Source: Candidatus Phoenicimicrobium oleiphilum
Lineage (GTDB): Bacteria > Atribacterota > Phoenicimicrobiia > Phoenicimicrobiales > Phoenicimicrobiaceae
Assembly: GCA_039638295.1 (NCBI GenBank)
Contig: JBDIWJ010000019.1
Span: forward strand, 1-27,345
Reading direction: 5' to 3'
Length of the DNA: 27,345 bases
Each line of letters starts with the position of its first letter. Position 1 is the first letter of the stretch. Positions 8,966-17,882 of the stretch are shown here, piece by piece. The translations under genes were made by a program, and so were the position numbers. The notes under the pieces are model-generated. The model was not told the origin of the DNA and did no database searches. It saw only the letters and a list, made by a program, of their open reading frames with translations.

Positions 8966-10006
8966 ATGGTGGGAGATTTTATATTTGGGTCATTTTCCAA
9001 GAATATTGGAATTGATCTGGGCACCTCTACTACCTTAGTATTTGTTAAGGGTAAAGGAGTGGTTTTATATGAACCTTCGGTGATTGCCATTGAAGAAGGT
9101 AGTAATAGGATATTAACAGTTGGTGAAGAAGCAAAAAAAATGATGGGCCGAACTCCGCGAGGTATATTAACGGTTAGACCTTTAAAAGAAGGAGTAATAG
9201 CTGATTTTGAATTAACTGCTGAAATGTTAATGTTTTTTATCAAAAAAGTTCATGTTCGTAATCGTTTTATAAAGCCAACTATAATTATTTGTGTCCCTTC
9301 GGGAGTTACTGAAGTGGAAAAAAGGGCAGTGTCAGATGTTGCTTATCAATGTGGAGCAAGAAAAGCATTTTTAATAGACGAACCAATAGCAGCAGCCATT
9401 GGAGTAGGACTACCTATCTTTGAACCAATGGGGAATTTGATACTTGATATAGGAGGGGGAACTTCTGAGGTAGCAGTCATTTCTTTGGGAGGAATAGTAG
9501 TAAATGAATTAACTAAAGTTGCTGGAGATTATATAAATTCTACAATTGAAAAATATATTAAACAAGTACATAACTTATATATTGGTGAATTGACTGCTGA
9601 AGTCCTTAAAATTAATCTATCTGAGAATGAGAAAAACGAAGAAAATAAAAGTTATGAAATTAGCGGAAGAGACAGATTAACGGGTCTACCTAAAATAATT
9701 AATATCTCAAAAGATGAATTAAGAGAAGCTTTGTCCGAGCCTATAAGAATAATTGCCAATACAGTACGGTTAACCTTGGAAAAGACACCTCCTGAATTAG
9801 TTGCTGATATTTTAGATAAGGGTATAATTATGACTGGTGGCGGCTCGTTGTTATCAGGATTATCACTGCTTTTACAAGAAGAAATGGGTATTGCCACTTT
9901 TATATCTCCAGAACCAGAATATTGTGTAATTAAAGGAATAGGAAAAGCATTAGAGAATTTAAATTTTTACCAAAGAGTTTTAATTAGAACAAGCAGAGGA
10001 GTTTGA
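8966..10006 (+). CDS. mreB: Rod shape-determining actin-like protein MreB
   Basis: IGIDLGT, EPSVIA, RPLKEGVIADF, VPSGVTEVEKRAV, DIGGGTSEVAVISLGG, LEKTPPEL and TGGGSLL motifs. Confidence 0.96.
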   Translation: MVGDFIFGSFSKNIGIDLGTSTTLVFVKGKGVVLYEPSVIAIEEGSNRILTVGEEAKKMMGRTPRGILTVRPLKEGVIADFELTAEMLMFFIKKVHVRNRFIKPTIIICVPSGVTEVEKRAVSDVAYQCGARKAFLIDEPIAAAIGVGLPIFEPMGNLILDIGGGTSEVAVISLGGIVVNELTKVAGDYINSTIEKYIKQVHNLYIGELTAEVLKINLSENEKNEENKSYEISGRDRLTGLPKIINISKDELREALSEPIRIIANTVRLTLEKTPPELVADILDKGIIMTGGGSLLSGLSLLLQEEMGIATFISPEPEYCVIKGIGKALENLNFYQRVLIRTSRGV

Positions 10007-10008
10007 AC

Positions 10009-10265
10009 TAGTCGATAGTTGTTAGTGAATAGTGTATAGTGTAAAGCATGTAAAACGAAAGAATAAAATAGTATCTCGTATCTTGTAAATAAGATAGAAT
10101 CCAGAATCTTGAATATTAGTAGTAAATAGCAATAACATTTGGTTAGATAGTTGATAAATTAATAGACAGACGAGAAACCTGCCCAATGTGTTCACAACTC
10201 GCAACTAGAAGTTTGTACCTGTAATTTTAATCGGTAAATCGGCGGATTGGGGAATTGGAAAATTG
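10009..10265. repeat. Intergenic repeat mosaic (TAGT 7-mers ... AATCGG/AATTGG 8-mers)
   Basis: TAGTCGA TAGTTGT TAGTGAA TAGTGTA TAGTGTA (10009-10043). GTATCTCGTATCTTGT near 10074. An 8-mer tract at 10229-10265 runs into the mreC TTG start. Confidence 0.8.
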
Positions 10266-11081
10266 AGAAAATTTATTTATCGGAATAATCCTTGGTTAAT
10301 TTTTATTATTTTAATTATAATAACTTTATTTATAATGACCATAGATTATCATGGCAAGATGTATCTAAAGTGGTTGGAAAGTATTGCACTGGGAGTGTTT
10401 TCTCCGGTTAGTCGGGGAATAAGTTTGGTTACAATTAATGTAAAAAATTATTTAGGTTCGATAGCTGAATTCGAGAGAATGGGAGAGGAAAATAAGGAGT
10501 TAAAAGAAAAGATTGAATCAGCTCTTCACGAAAATGCTATATTAAAGGAAAAATTAATAGCTTATGATAGATTAAAAAGATTATTAGAACTTAGAGAATC
10601 TTTCTCTTATGAAATGATTCCTTCTTTAGTAATTAGCCGGGAACCAGGTAACTGGTTTAATAGTATAATTATTGATAAAGGGAGAATTGATGGTGTTGAA
10701 GAGAATATGGCAGTAGCTACTCATTATGGTTTGGTAGGTCGGGTAATTAGTGTTAGTTCTCATACTTCAAAGGTGTTATTAATATTAGACCAACGAAGCG
10801 CCGTAGGGAGTATGATTCAGAGATCGAGAGATATTGGAGTGATAAAAGGAACAGAAAGTAATTATTGTTATATGGAATACCTTTCTCAAGATGCTGATGT
10901 AAAAATAAATGATATTGTAATTACTTCGGGATTGGGGAGTATTTTCCCTAAAGGAATTAAAATAGGTAGAGTAGTAGTTGTTAAAAAGGAAAAACATGAT
11001 CTATTTCAAGAAGTTATAATAAAGCCAGAGGTAGATTTTACCAAATTAGAGGAAGTATTTGTAGTAAAAAAAATTGAATGA
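10263..11081 (+). CDS. mreC: Rod shape-determining protein MreC
   Basis: N-terminal TM helix, coiled coil, IIIDKGRIDGV, GLVGRV and TSGLGSIFPKGIKIG motifs. Follows mreB. Confidence 0.95.
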   Translation: MRKFIYRNNPWLIFIILIIITLFIMTIDYHGKMYLKWLESIALGVFSPVSRGISLVTINVKNYLGSIAEFERMGEENKELKEKIESALHENAILKEKLIAYDRLKRLLELRESFSYEMIPSLVISREPGNWFNSIIIDKGRIDGVEENMAVATHYGLVGRVISVSSHTSKVLLILDQRSAVGSMIQRSRDIGVIKGTESNYCYMEYLSQDADVKINDIVITSGLGSIFPKGIKIGRVVVVKKEKHDLFQEVIIKPEVDFTKLEEVFVVKKIE

Positions 11082-11088
11082 ATAATTA

Positions 11089-11226
11089 TTAGCTATCCAG
11101 TTGAACGGTTAGCCAGTTAATTAGTTATTTGGTTACCTGGTTAGTTAGTTAATGAATTAATAATAAACTAGTGAACCAGTTAACTGGATAACTATCTAAC
11201 TAAGCAACTAACAACTAACGACTAAT
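11089..11226. repeat. GTTA/TAAC octamer hairpin module with GTTAATGAATTAATA loop, then ACTAACG heptamers
   Basis: 11121-11194 aligns by eye with 15784-15857. Its reverse complement resembles 27070-27136. Confidence 0.8.
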
Positions 11227-11244
11227 CTAATAGGAGGAATCATC

Positions 11245-12522
11245 ATTTATAAAGTAATAAAATTAGAAAATGGTTTAAGAATCATAGCAGAAGAAATGCC
11301 CTATATGAAATCAGTAGCAATTGTTTTTGGTATAGGAATTGGGTCGAGGTATGAAGAAGATGACCATCAGGGTATTTCGCATCTTATTGAACATATGCTA
11401 TTTAAAGGAACTAATAAGAGAAAGAATACTTTAGAAATATCTCAAGCCATAGAGAGTATTGGTGGAGAAATAAATGCTTCTACATCCAAAGAGATTACTC
11501 ATTTATATGTAAAGGTACCTCAGGAACAATTTAAAATTGCTTTCGATGTATTAGCTGATATAATATTAAATTCATTAATAAGAGAAGAGGATCTTTGTAA
11601 AGAAAAAAACATAATTATCGAAGAGATAAAAAAATATGAAGATATACCAGAGGAATTAGTAGAAATCTTGCTGGACAAGATAATGTGGAAAGATCACCCT
11701 CTGGGAAGGCCTATTCTTGGAGATGTGAAGAGCATAAGCAATATTCAAAGAGAAAATTTATTATCTTATATAAATGAGTTTTATCGGCCCAATAATTTAG
11801 TAGTAAGTGTTGCAGGAAATATTAAGTTTGCAGATGTAATTTTACAAGTTAAAAATTACTTTAAAGGAATGGAAAAAGGGGAAATTAAAGGATATCTGCC
11901 TGCGAATAGTAATCAGAAGACTATTCAAATAGGGATAAAATTTAAAAAGAGTAGTCAGACTCATCTTTCTCTTGGTTTCCCTGGAATTTCTCGATTAAAT
12001 CCTGATAAATACTGTATGGATTTATTAGATATAATATTAGGGTCAGGATTAAGCTCGCGACTTTTTCAAGAAATAAGAGTTAAAAAGGGTTTGGCTTATG
12101 ATATCCATTCATTTATTCAATATTTTAACGATGTGGGTTCTTTTAATATTTATGCAGGTATTGATTCAAACAGGATAAAAGAAACTATCCGGGCAATTTT
12201 AGGAGAGCTTAAAAAAATAAAGGAAGATAATTTAAAAGAAGGGGAATTAAAAAAAGCTAAAGAGATGTACAAAGGTTCATTGTCATTGAGTTTAGAAGGA
12301 ACTTTAAGCCGAGCATTTTGGTTGGGAAATAGAATGCTTTTGTATGATAAGCCCATTACTTTTCAGGAAGTAAAAGAAAGAATCGAAGAAGTAAGGGAGA
12401 AAGATATTCAAAGATTAGCTCGAAGTATTTTTATAAAAGATAAAATAAATTTATCCATTATTGGTCCTTTTAAAGAAAAAAATAAAGATGAATATAGTTC
12501 CATTTTGCAAGAACTAAGATAA
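11245..12522 (+). CDS. M16 (pitrilysin/insulinase) family zinc peptidase; probable ATT start at 11245 (ORF track starts at 11296)
   Basis: Inverted zinc motif HLIEH (HxxEH) + MLFKGT, GGEINAST, SSRLFQEIR..KGLAY. The in-frame extension IYKVIKLENGLRIIAEE lies behind AGGAGG (11232-11237). Confidence 0.92.
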   Translation: MYKVIKLENGLRIIAEEMPYMKSVAIVFGIGIGSRYEEDDHQGISHLIEHMLFKGTNKRKNTLEISQAIESIGGEINASTSKEITHLYVKVPQEQFKIAFDVLADIILNSLIREEDLCKEKNIIIEEIKKYEDIPEELVEILLDKIMWKDHPLGRPILGDVKSISNIQRENLLSYINEFYRPNNLVVSVAGNIKFADVILQVKNYFKGMEKGEIKGYLPANSNQKTIQIGIKFKKSSQTHLSLGFPGISRLNPDKYCMDLLDIILGSGLSSRLFQEIRVKKGLAYDIHSFIQYFNDVGSFNIYAGIDSNRIKETIRAILGELKKIKEDNLKEGELKKAKEMYKGSLSLSLEGTLSRAFWLGNRMLLYDKPITFQEVKERIEEVREKDIQRLARSIFIKDKINLSIIGPFKEKNKDEYSSILQELR

Positions 12523-12677
12523 TCAATAGTGAATAATTATTAGTATATAATTATAGCATAGCGGGGAGGGCAAGGTTTTTAACCTCTATACTAAAAGATA
12601 TTCACTGTATGTTATACTAATTATTAACAGCTAATTTAATTGGTAAATTGGTAATCGGTGAATGAAGGAATAGAAAT

Positions 12678-12866
12678 ATGCCATTAAAGTTAGGAATAGG
12701 AGATGTCATTAGATTAAAGAAGAAACATCCCTGTGGAGGTTTCCACTGGGAAATTACCAGAACTGGTATTGATATTGGCATAAAATGCCTTTGTTGTGGG
12801 AGAAAAGTTTTAGTTCCTCGAGTGAAAATAGAGAAAAAAATTAGAGAAATTATTCCTAGAGACTAA
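12678..12866 (+). CDS. DUF951 family small protein
   Basis: GDVIRLKKKHPCGG..WEITRTG.DI.IKC..CGR pattern. Typical position upstream of rpsF in Firmicutes-like genomes. Confidence 0.88.
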   Translation: MPLKLGIGDVIRLKKKHPCGGFHWEITRTGIDIGIKCLCCGRKVLVPRVKIEKKIREIIPRD

Positions 12867-13062
12867 AGATTGGTTTAATTATATAGGAATTTCCTTTTCC
12901 CATAAGCCTTAATTAGTTTATAGTTATGAAACGAAAAAAGGAAAGCACAAAACGTTAAAATGGAAAATTTAAATTTGTAGCAATATAATTATAATATTAA
13001 ATTTTTTTCCTTTTATTTCTAATTATATACCGAAAGTTATCAACTAAAATCCTGTATTTAAT

Positions 13063-13097
13063 GCTAACGACTAACGACTATTCACTATCGACTATTT
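13063..13097. repeat. ACTA(ACG/TTC/TCG) heptamer array x5
   Basis: GCTAACG ACTAACG ACTATTC ACTATCG ACTATTT, nearly identical to 7325-7359. Confidence 0.85.
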
Positions 13098-13231
13098 AAG
13101 AGTTTTGAATTATAGTTTACTTCACACGATAATCGATGTGCATTACGATATACTAACGGCTAATTTATTAATTAACTGGATAACTAAACAAACTGCTAAC
13201 TAAATTGATACGCGATAATTTCTTGAAAAAC

Positions 13232-13259
13232 TTGATATCAAAGATATCTGTGATATAAT
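13232..13259 (+). promoter_or_regulatory. Sigma70/SigA-type promoter of the rpsF operon
   Basis: TTGATA (13232-13237), 16-nt spacer, extended -10 TGnTATAAT (13251-13259). Confidence 0.7.
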
Positions 13260-13280
13260 ATAAATCGTTTCATATTTCTA

Positions 13281-13337
13281 CTTTCCTTGCTCCTGGAAAA
13301 TATTTCAGGGGCTGATGTAGTCCAAAAGGAGGAGGTG
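13281..13337 (+). promoter_or_regulatory. S6:S18 ribosomal protein autoregulatory leader RNA
   Basis: CTTTCCTT can pair with the SD-containing AAGGAGGAG. Inner stem GCTCCTGGAA/TTTCAGGGGC. TAGTCCAAAAGGAGG resembles Firmicutes rpsF leaders. Lies directly 5' of rpsF. Confidence 0.75.
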
Positions 13338-13342
13338 AACAG

Positions 13343-13654
13343 ATGAGAAGTTATGAATTAATGCTAGCTATTAATCCCCAATTAGAAGAGGAAGAGTTGG
13401 ATTCTTTAATAAACAAGTTTAAGAAGTTGATTAAGCATGAAAAGGGAAAGGTAACTAAAGTAGATAAATGGGGAAAAAGAAAGTTAGCTTATGAAATTAA
13501 GGATTTCCAAGAAGCATATTATGTAGTTTTAAATTTCAATGTAGATGAAAAGAATATTTCTGAATTGGAAAGAGTTATAAAATTGGAAGAAAAAATTATC
13601 AGATATTTGTTAATTTTATTACAGAAAACAATCTCTTCTTCGCAGGAAGTTTAG
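13343..13654 (+). CDS. rpsF: 30S ribosomal protein S6
   Basis: MRSYELM, WGKRKLAYEI, IIRYL motifs; strong GGAGGTG RBS. Confidence 0.97.
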   Translation: MRSYELMLAINPQLEEEELDSLINKFKKLIKHEKGKVTKVDKWGKRKLAYEIKDFQEAYYVVLNFNVDEKNISELERVIKLEEKIIRYLLILLQKTISSSQEV

Positions 13655-13716
13655 TCAAGTATTAAAGAATAAGTAAAAAAACAGGGGATAGATTAAAGGA
13701 GGAACAATATACATTA

Positions 13717-13947
13717 ATGGTAAAATATAATTTTGTTAGAAAACCTCAAAAAAAGGTTTGTTATTTTTGTGCAGAAAAAGTCATTGCTGATTATAAAAAC
13801 GTAGATTTATTAAAGAAATTTATCAGTGAACAATGTAAGATTTTACCCCGGAGAGTAACGGGGAATTGTGCGAAACACCAGCGTATACTTGCAATTGCCA
13901 TAAAACGGGCAAGAGAAATAGGCTTGCTTCCATATATACCTAAATAA
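13717..13947 (+). CDS. rpsR: 30S ribosomal protein S18 (zinc-binding C+ form)
   Basis: [38 protein letters not shown]. Confidence 0.97.
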   Translation: MVKYNFVRKPQKKVCYFCAEKVIADYKNVDLLKKFISEQCKILPRRVTGNCAKHQRILAIAIKRAREIGLLPYIPK

Positions 13948-14049
13948 GTAAACCAATTTATAAGTATATGGCAAATAAAATATTGTTGTGACTTGTAAAT
14001 CAGATTTTTGAGTTGCAAGTTACTAATAGCGAATTTACAAAAAAGAAAT

Positions 14050-14076
14050 AGGGGCGTATTTGCTATACGCCCCTTT
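14050..14076 (+). terminator. GC-rich hairpin after rpsR (REP-like palindrome, possible weak terminator)
   Basis: AGGGGCGTAT-TTGCT-ATACGCCCCT followed by only a short T run. The ATAG foot resembles the GTAG REP family. Confidence 0.5.
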
Positions 14077-14145
14077 GTATAACTAATGAATAAAAGAGAG
14101 TTCAAAGGAGAAATTTTCCTTTGACCATCTTGAGAGGTTTTTTTA

Positions 14146-15108
14146 TTGGAAGATAGAGTACCCACCAAATCGATAGTTGAAGGTGCATTTTTAGCTGCAA
14201 TTACTGCTATCTTATTTATAATTAGTATATATATTCCCTTGTTGGGAACTTTAGTAAGTTTTTTATGTCCTCTGCCCATTATAATTTTATATTTACGGCA
14301 CAGTTTAAAGTTTACCATTATTTCAATATTTATATCTGGAATTTTAGTAAGTATTATTGCCGGTCCTTTACAGGGACTTATGATATTACTTGGATTTGGG
14401 ATATTGGGTGTAACTTTAGGATATACTATAAAAAAAGAATTATCCTTTAATGAGATTATTTTACTTGGAAGCATAGCTTCTTTATTTTCTAAAGTAATGA
14501 TTATATTGATTGGGATTTGGCTTTTAGATATTAACCTTTTAATATTTGATGTAGAGCAAATAGATAAAATTGTAACCCAATCTTTAAATTTTTACCAGGG
14601 TATAGGATTGACTGGAGAGCAGTTAGATTTCCTGAAAGAATCTTTAACTCAAACTTTAAATATTTTTCGAATAGTATTTCCTGCTATGTTGATACTTGCA
14701 TCAGTTTTTGATGTATTTATAAATTATATAGTTGCCCGAGTGGTTTTAAAGAGGTTTGGATATAATTTACCTGGTTTTAGTTCTTTTTCTAACTGGAGGG
14801 CTTCTAAATCTTTTTTTTGGAGTTATCTCCTCGGGATAATATCAATATTTTTAGGAGTCAAATATAACATCCCTCTTTTAAATAAAATTGGTGTAAATGT
14901 ACAAATATTTTTTACTATAGTATTTTTTGTTTGTGGCCTTTCTTTGGTTAATTTTCTATTGGAACGATATAAAATAAAATCTTTTCTAAAATGGATTATA
15001 TATATTATGATATGTATACAACCTATTCTCTCCCAAATTACCACCTGGACTGGTATATTAGATATATGGATAGATTTTAGGAAATTAATAGAAGCCAGGG
15101 TGAAGTAA
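14146..15108 (+). CDS. YybS/DUF2232 family membrane protein
   Basis: TKSIVEGAFLAAI, PLPIIILYLRH, C-terminal GILDIWIDFRK. Conserved position between rpsR and rplI. TTG start. Confidence 0.88.
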   Translation: MEDRVPTKSIVEGAFLAAITAILFIISIYIPLLGTLVSFLCPLPIIILYLRHSLKFTIISIFISGILVSIIAGPLQGLMILLGFGILGVTLGYTIKKELSFNEIILLGSIASLFSKVMIILIGIWLLDINLLIFDVEQIDKIVTQSLNFYQGIGLTGEQLDFLKESLTQTLNIFRIVFPAMLILASVFDVFINYIVARVVLKRFGYNLPGFSSFSNWRASKSFFWSYLLGIISIFLGVKYNIPLLNKIGVNVQIFFTIVFFVCGLSLVNFLLERYKIKSFLKWIIYIMICIQPILSQITTWTGILDIWIDFRKLIEARVK

Positions 15109-15222
15109 TATAGTTGAAAGTAAATAATTGGTGAATTGGTCAATCGGTGAATCGGAGAATTAAATAAATATTGCTAAAAATAGCAGAAGAATTTATAATA
15201 AAGAGTAAGGAGGTTGCCAAAT

Positions 15223-15699
15223 ATGAAGGTAATTTTAAAACAAGATATTAAAAAAGTTGGAAAAATAGGAGATGTAGTAGAGGTAAGTGATGGTTTTGCT
15301 CGTAATTTTTTAATTCCACAAGGCAAAGCAATTTCCTATACCAAAGGTAATTTTAAACAAATAGAATATTTGAAGAAAAAAGAAATAGATAAAAAGGAAA
15401 AAGAATTAAACGATGCAAAAGAATTGGCTGAAAAACTAAAAAATATCTCCTTGGAAATTAAGGTAAAAGCAGGGGAGAAAGACAAACTTTTTGGTTCCGT
15501 CACCAGTAAAGATATTTCGGATATTCTATCAAGCGAATACAACATTGAATTAGATAGAAAAAAAATTGATTTAAAAGATCCATTAAAAAAATTAGGAGTT
15601 TATGATATTTCAGTTAACTTGTATAAGGATGTAGTTTCTCAGATTAAAGTTAATTTAATTTCTGATTCCGAGTCTGTTGCAGAGACAAAAAAAGAATAA
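15223..15699 (+). CDS. rplI: 50S ribosomal protein L9
   Basis: MKVILKQD, GDVVEVSDGFARNFLIP, KLFGSVT. The ATG at 15223 is 9 nt after AGGAGG and is preferred over the track's TTG at 15214. Confidence 0.97.
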   Translation: MKVILKQDIKKVGKIGDVVEVSDGFARNFLIPQGKAISYTKGNFKQIEYLKKKEIDKKEKELNDAKELAEKLKNISLEIKVKAGEKDKLFGSVTSKDISDILSSEYNIELDRKKIDLKDPLKKLGVYDISVNLYKDVVSQIKVNLISDSESVAETKKE

Positions 15700-15700
15700 A

Positions 15701-15919
15701 ATCGTGTATCGCATATAGTATATCATAAATAAAATAGAGGTCAGTAGTCAGAATATTAAATAGCGTATAGCCTATTTTGTTAGTTAGTTAATTGGTTGCC
15801 TGGCTAGTTAGTTGATGAATTAATATCAAACCAGCTAACTAGTTAACCAGATAACCAGTTAACTAAATTGACTGGCCAACTGGCTAACTAAATACTTGTG
15901 ACTATTCCCTTACGACTAA
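15701..15919. repeat. Intergenic repeat mosaic with GTTA/TAAC octamer hairpin
   Basis: Degenerate GTATCGC after the rplI stop. Hairpin module at 15781-15866. AACTGG 8-mers and TACGACTA lie before the dnaB RBS. Confidence 0.8.
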
Positions 15920-15938
15920 ATAATTGGGAGAAGTTTAT

Positions 15939-17273
15939 ATGGAAATAGGTAGAAATCCTCCTCAAAATATTAGCGCAGAACAAGCCGCTTTGGGATCAAT
16001 GCTCCTTCAGGAAGAAGCGATTTTACATAGTATGGAGGTTTTAAAACCCGAAGATTTTTATAGAAAGTCTCACCAAATTATTTTCAGGTGCATTCTTGAA
16101 TTATTTGATAAAGGCAAAGGTGTTGATTTAGTTACTTTAACTGAGGAGCTAAATAGAAGAAATGTTTTAGAAGAAGTAGGAGGAGTGACTTACCTTACTA
16201 ATCTGATTAATAGTGTACCAACTGCAGCAAATATAGAGTATTATGTCAAAATTATCGAAGAAAAATCTATTTTGCGAAATTTAATTGACAATGCAACCAA
16301 AATTATCTCTATGGGATATGAAGAAAAAGAAGAAGCAAAAGTATTATTAGATCAGGCAGAACACTTAATATTTGAAGTTTCCCAGAGAAATATTAACCAG
16401 TATTTTGTTTCTATTAATGAGGTACTGCAGGATAGTTTTGAAAAAATTGAGGACTTATATCATAGGGAAGAATTCATCACCGGGGTTCCCAGTGGCTTTA
16501 TTGAATTTGATGAGCTTACTACTGGATTTCAACCTTCTGAATTTATCGTCGTTGCTGGAAGACCTGCTATGGGGAAGACAGCATTTTGTATGAATATCGC
16601 TCAATATGTTAGCACAAATAGAAGTATTCCGGTAGCAATTTTTAGTTTAGAAATGTCAAGATCTCAATTAGTGCAAAGAATGCTTTGTTCAGAAGCTCGA
16701 ATTGATGCTCATAATTTAAGGAGAGGACGATTAGCTGAATCAGATTGGGGTATACTTTCTGCTGCTGCTGGTAGATTGGCCTCTGCTCCTATTTTTATTG
16801 ATGACACAGCAGGAATTTCTTGTTTAGAAATTAAAGCCAAAGCTAGACGACTAAAAGCTCAACATAATCTCGGCTTAATAATTATAGATTATTTACAATT
16901 AATCCAAACGGGTGGCAGAGTTGAAAATAGACAACAAGAAATTTCAGAAATTTCTCGTTCTCTAAAAAGTTTAGCCAGAGAGCTAAATGTTCCAGTTATT
17001 GCAGTTTCTCAATTATCAAGAGCAGTAGAACAAAGAGTAGAAAGAAGACCTCGACTTTCCGATTTAAGAGAAAGTGGTGCCATTGAACAGGATGCTGATT
17101 TAGTAGTTTTTATTTACCGAGAAGAATATTATAAACCAAAAACAGATAAAAAAGGAATTGCCGAAGTAATCATCAGTAAACAGAGAAACGGTCCTATTGG
17201 TACTGTAGAATTAGCTTTTATAAAAGAGTATGCCAAATTTGAAAATTTAGCAAGAATTTCTGAAGAAGGTTAA
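15939..17273 (+). CDS. dnaB: Replicative DNA helicase DnaB
   Basis: PPQNISAEQAALG, Walker A GRPAMGKT, FSLEMS, IIDYLQL, SQLSR, DLRESGAIEQDAD, KQRNGP. No intein. ATG at 15939 follows GGGAG. Confidence 0.98.
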   Translation: MEIGRNPPQNISAEQAALGSMLLQEEAILHSMEVLKPEDFYRKSHQIIFRCILELFDKGKGVDLVTLTEELNRRNVLEEVGGVTYLTNLINSVPTAANIEYYVKIIEEKSILRNLIDNATKIISMGYEEKEEAKVLLDQAEHLIFEVSQRNINQYFVSINEVLQDSFEKIEDLYHREEFITGVPSGFIEFDELTTGFQPSEFIVVAGRPAMGKTAFCMNIAQYVSTNRSIPVAIFSLEMSRSQLVQRMLCSEARIDAHNLRRGRLAESDWGILSAAAGRLASAPIFIDDTAGISCLEIKAKARRLKAQHNLGLIIIDYLQLIQTGGRVENRQQEISEISRSLKSLARELNVPVIAVSQLSRAVEQRVERRPRLSDLRESGAIEQDADLVVFIYREEYYKPKTDKKGIAEVIISKQRNGPIGTVELAFIKEYAKFENLARISEEG

Positions 17274-17307
17274 TGATTGCTACCCAAAGAGCAAACAATA
17301 TGGGAAT

Positions 17308-17384
17308 GTAGGGGCACGATGCATCGTGCCCAGAGGAAACATTAAGCAATAACAAGGTGAAGGTACAATTCATTGTACCCCTAC
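17308..17384. repeat. Inverted pair of GTAG-type REP-like palindromes
   Basis: GTAGGGGCACGATGCATCGTGCCC (17308-17331) and inverted GTAGGGGTACAATGAATTGTACCT (17384-17361). Confidence 0.85.
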
Positions 17385-17471
17385 AATATGATTATTACCA
17401 AAAGCCAAAATTTATTGTGAATTTGTTTATAAAGCGGTTAATAAAATAACATTAATTTAATATTAATTTAA

Positions 17472-17500
17472 TTGACAGATAATAAAAAATATAGTAACAT
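17472..17500 (+). promoter_or_regulatory. Sigma70-type promoter of the tRNA cluster
   Basis: TTGACA (17472-17477), 17 nt, TAACAT (17495-17500), AT-rich upstream tract. Confidence 0.65.
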
Positions 17501-17529
17501 TTAGAAGCAAAAATATTTAACCTTTTTTG

Positions 17530-17602
17530 GGGCCGTTAGCTCAGTTGGCAGAGCATCTGACTCTTAATCAGGGGGTCGCAGGTTCGAGGCCTGCACGGCC
17601 CA
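17530..17602 (+). tRNA. tRNA-Lys(CTT)
   Basis: Acceptor GGGCCGT/ACGGCCC, anticodon arm TCTGA-CTCTTAA-TCAGG, T arm GCAGG-TTCGAGG-CCTGC. CCA is not encoded. Confidence 0.95.
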
Positions 17603-17612
17603 TCGAGATAAT

Positions 17613-17687
17613 GCCCCCATCGTCTAGGGGATAGGACACCGCCCTTTCACGGCGGCGACAGGGGTTCAAATCCCCTTGGGGGCACCA
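17613..17687 (+). tRNA. tRNA-Glu(TTC)
   Basis: Acceptor GCCCCCA/TGGGGGC, anticodon arm CCGCC-CTTTCAC-GGCGG, ends in CCA. Confidence 0.96.
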
Positions 17688-17704
17688 ATATATTATTTAA
17701 GGAT

Positions 17705-17780
17705 GGGCGGATAGCTCAGTTGGCAGAGCACCTGCTTCACATGTAGGGGGTCACAGGTTCAAGTCCTGTTCCGCCTACCA
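17705..17780 (+). tRNA. tRNA-Val(CAC)
   Basis: Acceptor GGGCGGA/TCCGCCT, anticodon arm CCTGC-TTCACAT-GTAGG, ends in CCA. Confidence 0.95.
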
Positions 17781-17801
17781 TTTTTTTAATAAGGTTATGA
17801 T

Positions 17802-17877
17802 GCCGGCGTAGCTCAATTGGAAGAGCAACGGAATCGTAATCCGTAGGTTGTCTGTTCAACTCAGATCGCCGGCTCCA
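17802..17877 (+). tRNA. tRNA-Thr(CGT)
   Basis: Acceptor GCCGGCG/CGCCGGC, anticodon arm ACGGA-ATCGTAA-TCCGT, ends in CCA. Confidence 0.94.
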
Positions 17878-17882
17878 TACGA

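Noticed and set aside
12926..12958. ATGAAACGAAAAAAGGAAAG resembles the first codons of amrA (5408)
   Set aside because: It is a short, A-rich low-complexity match and the frame closes after 10 codons, so it is likely coincidence.
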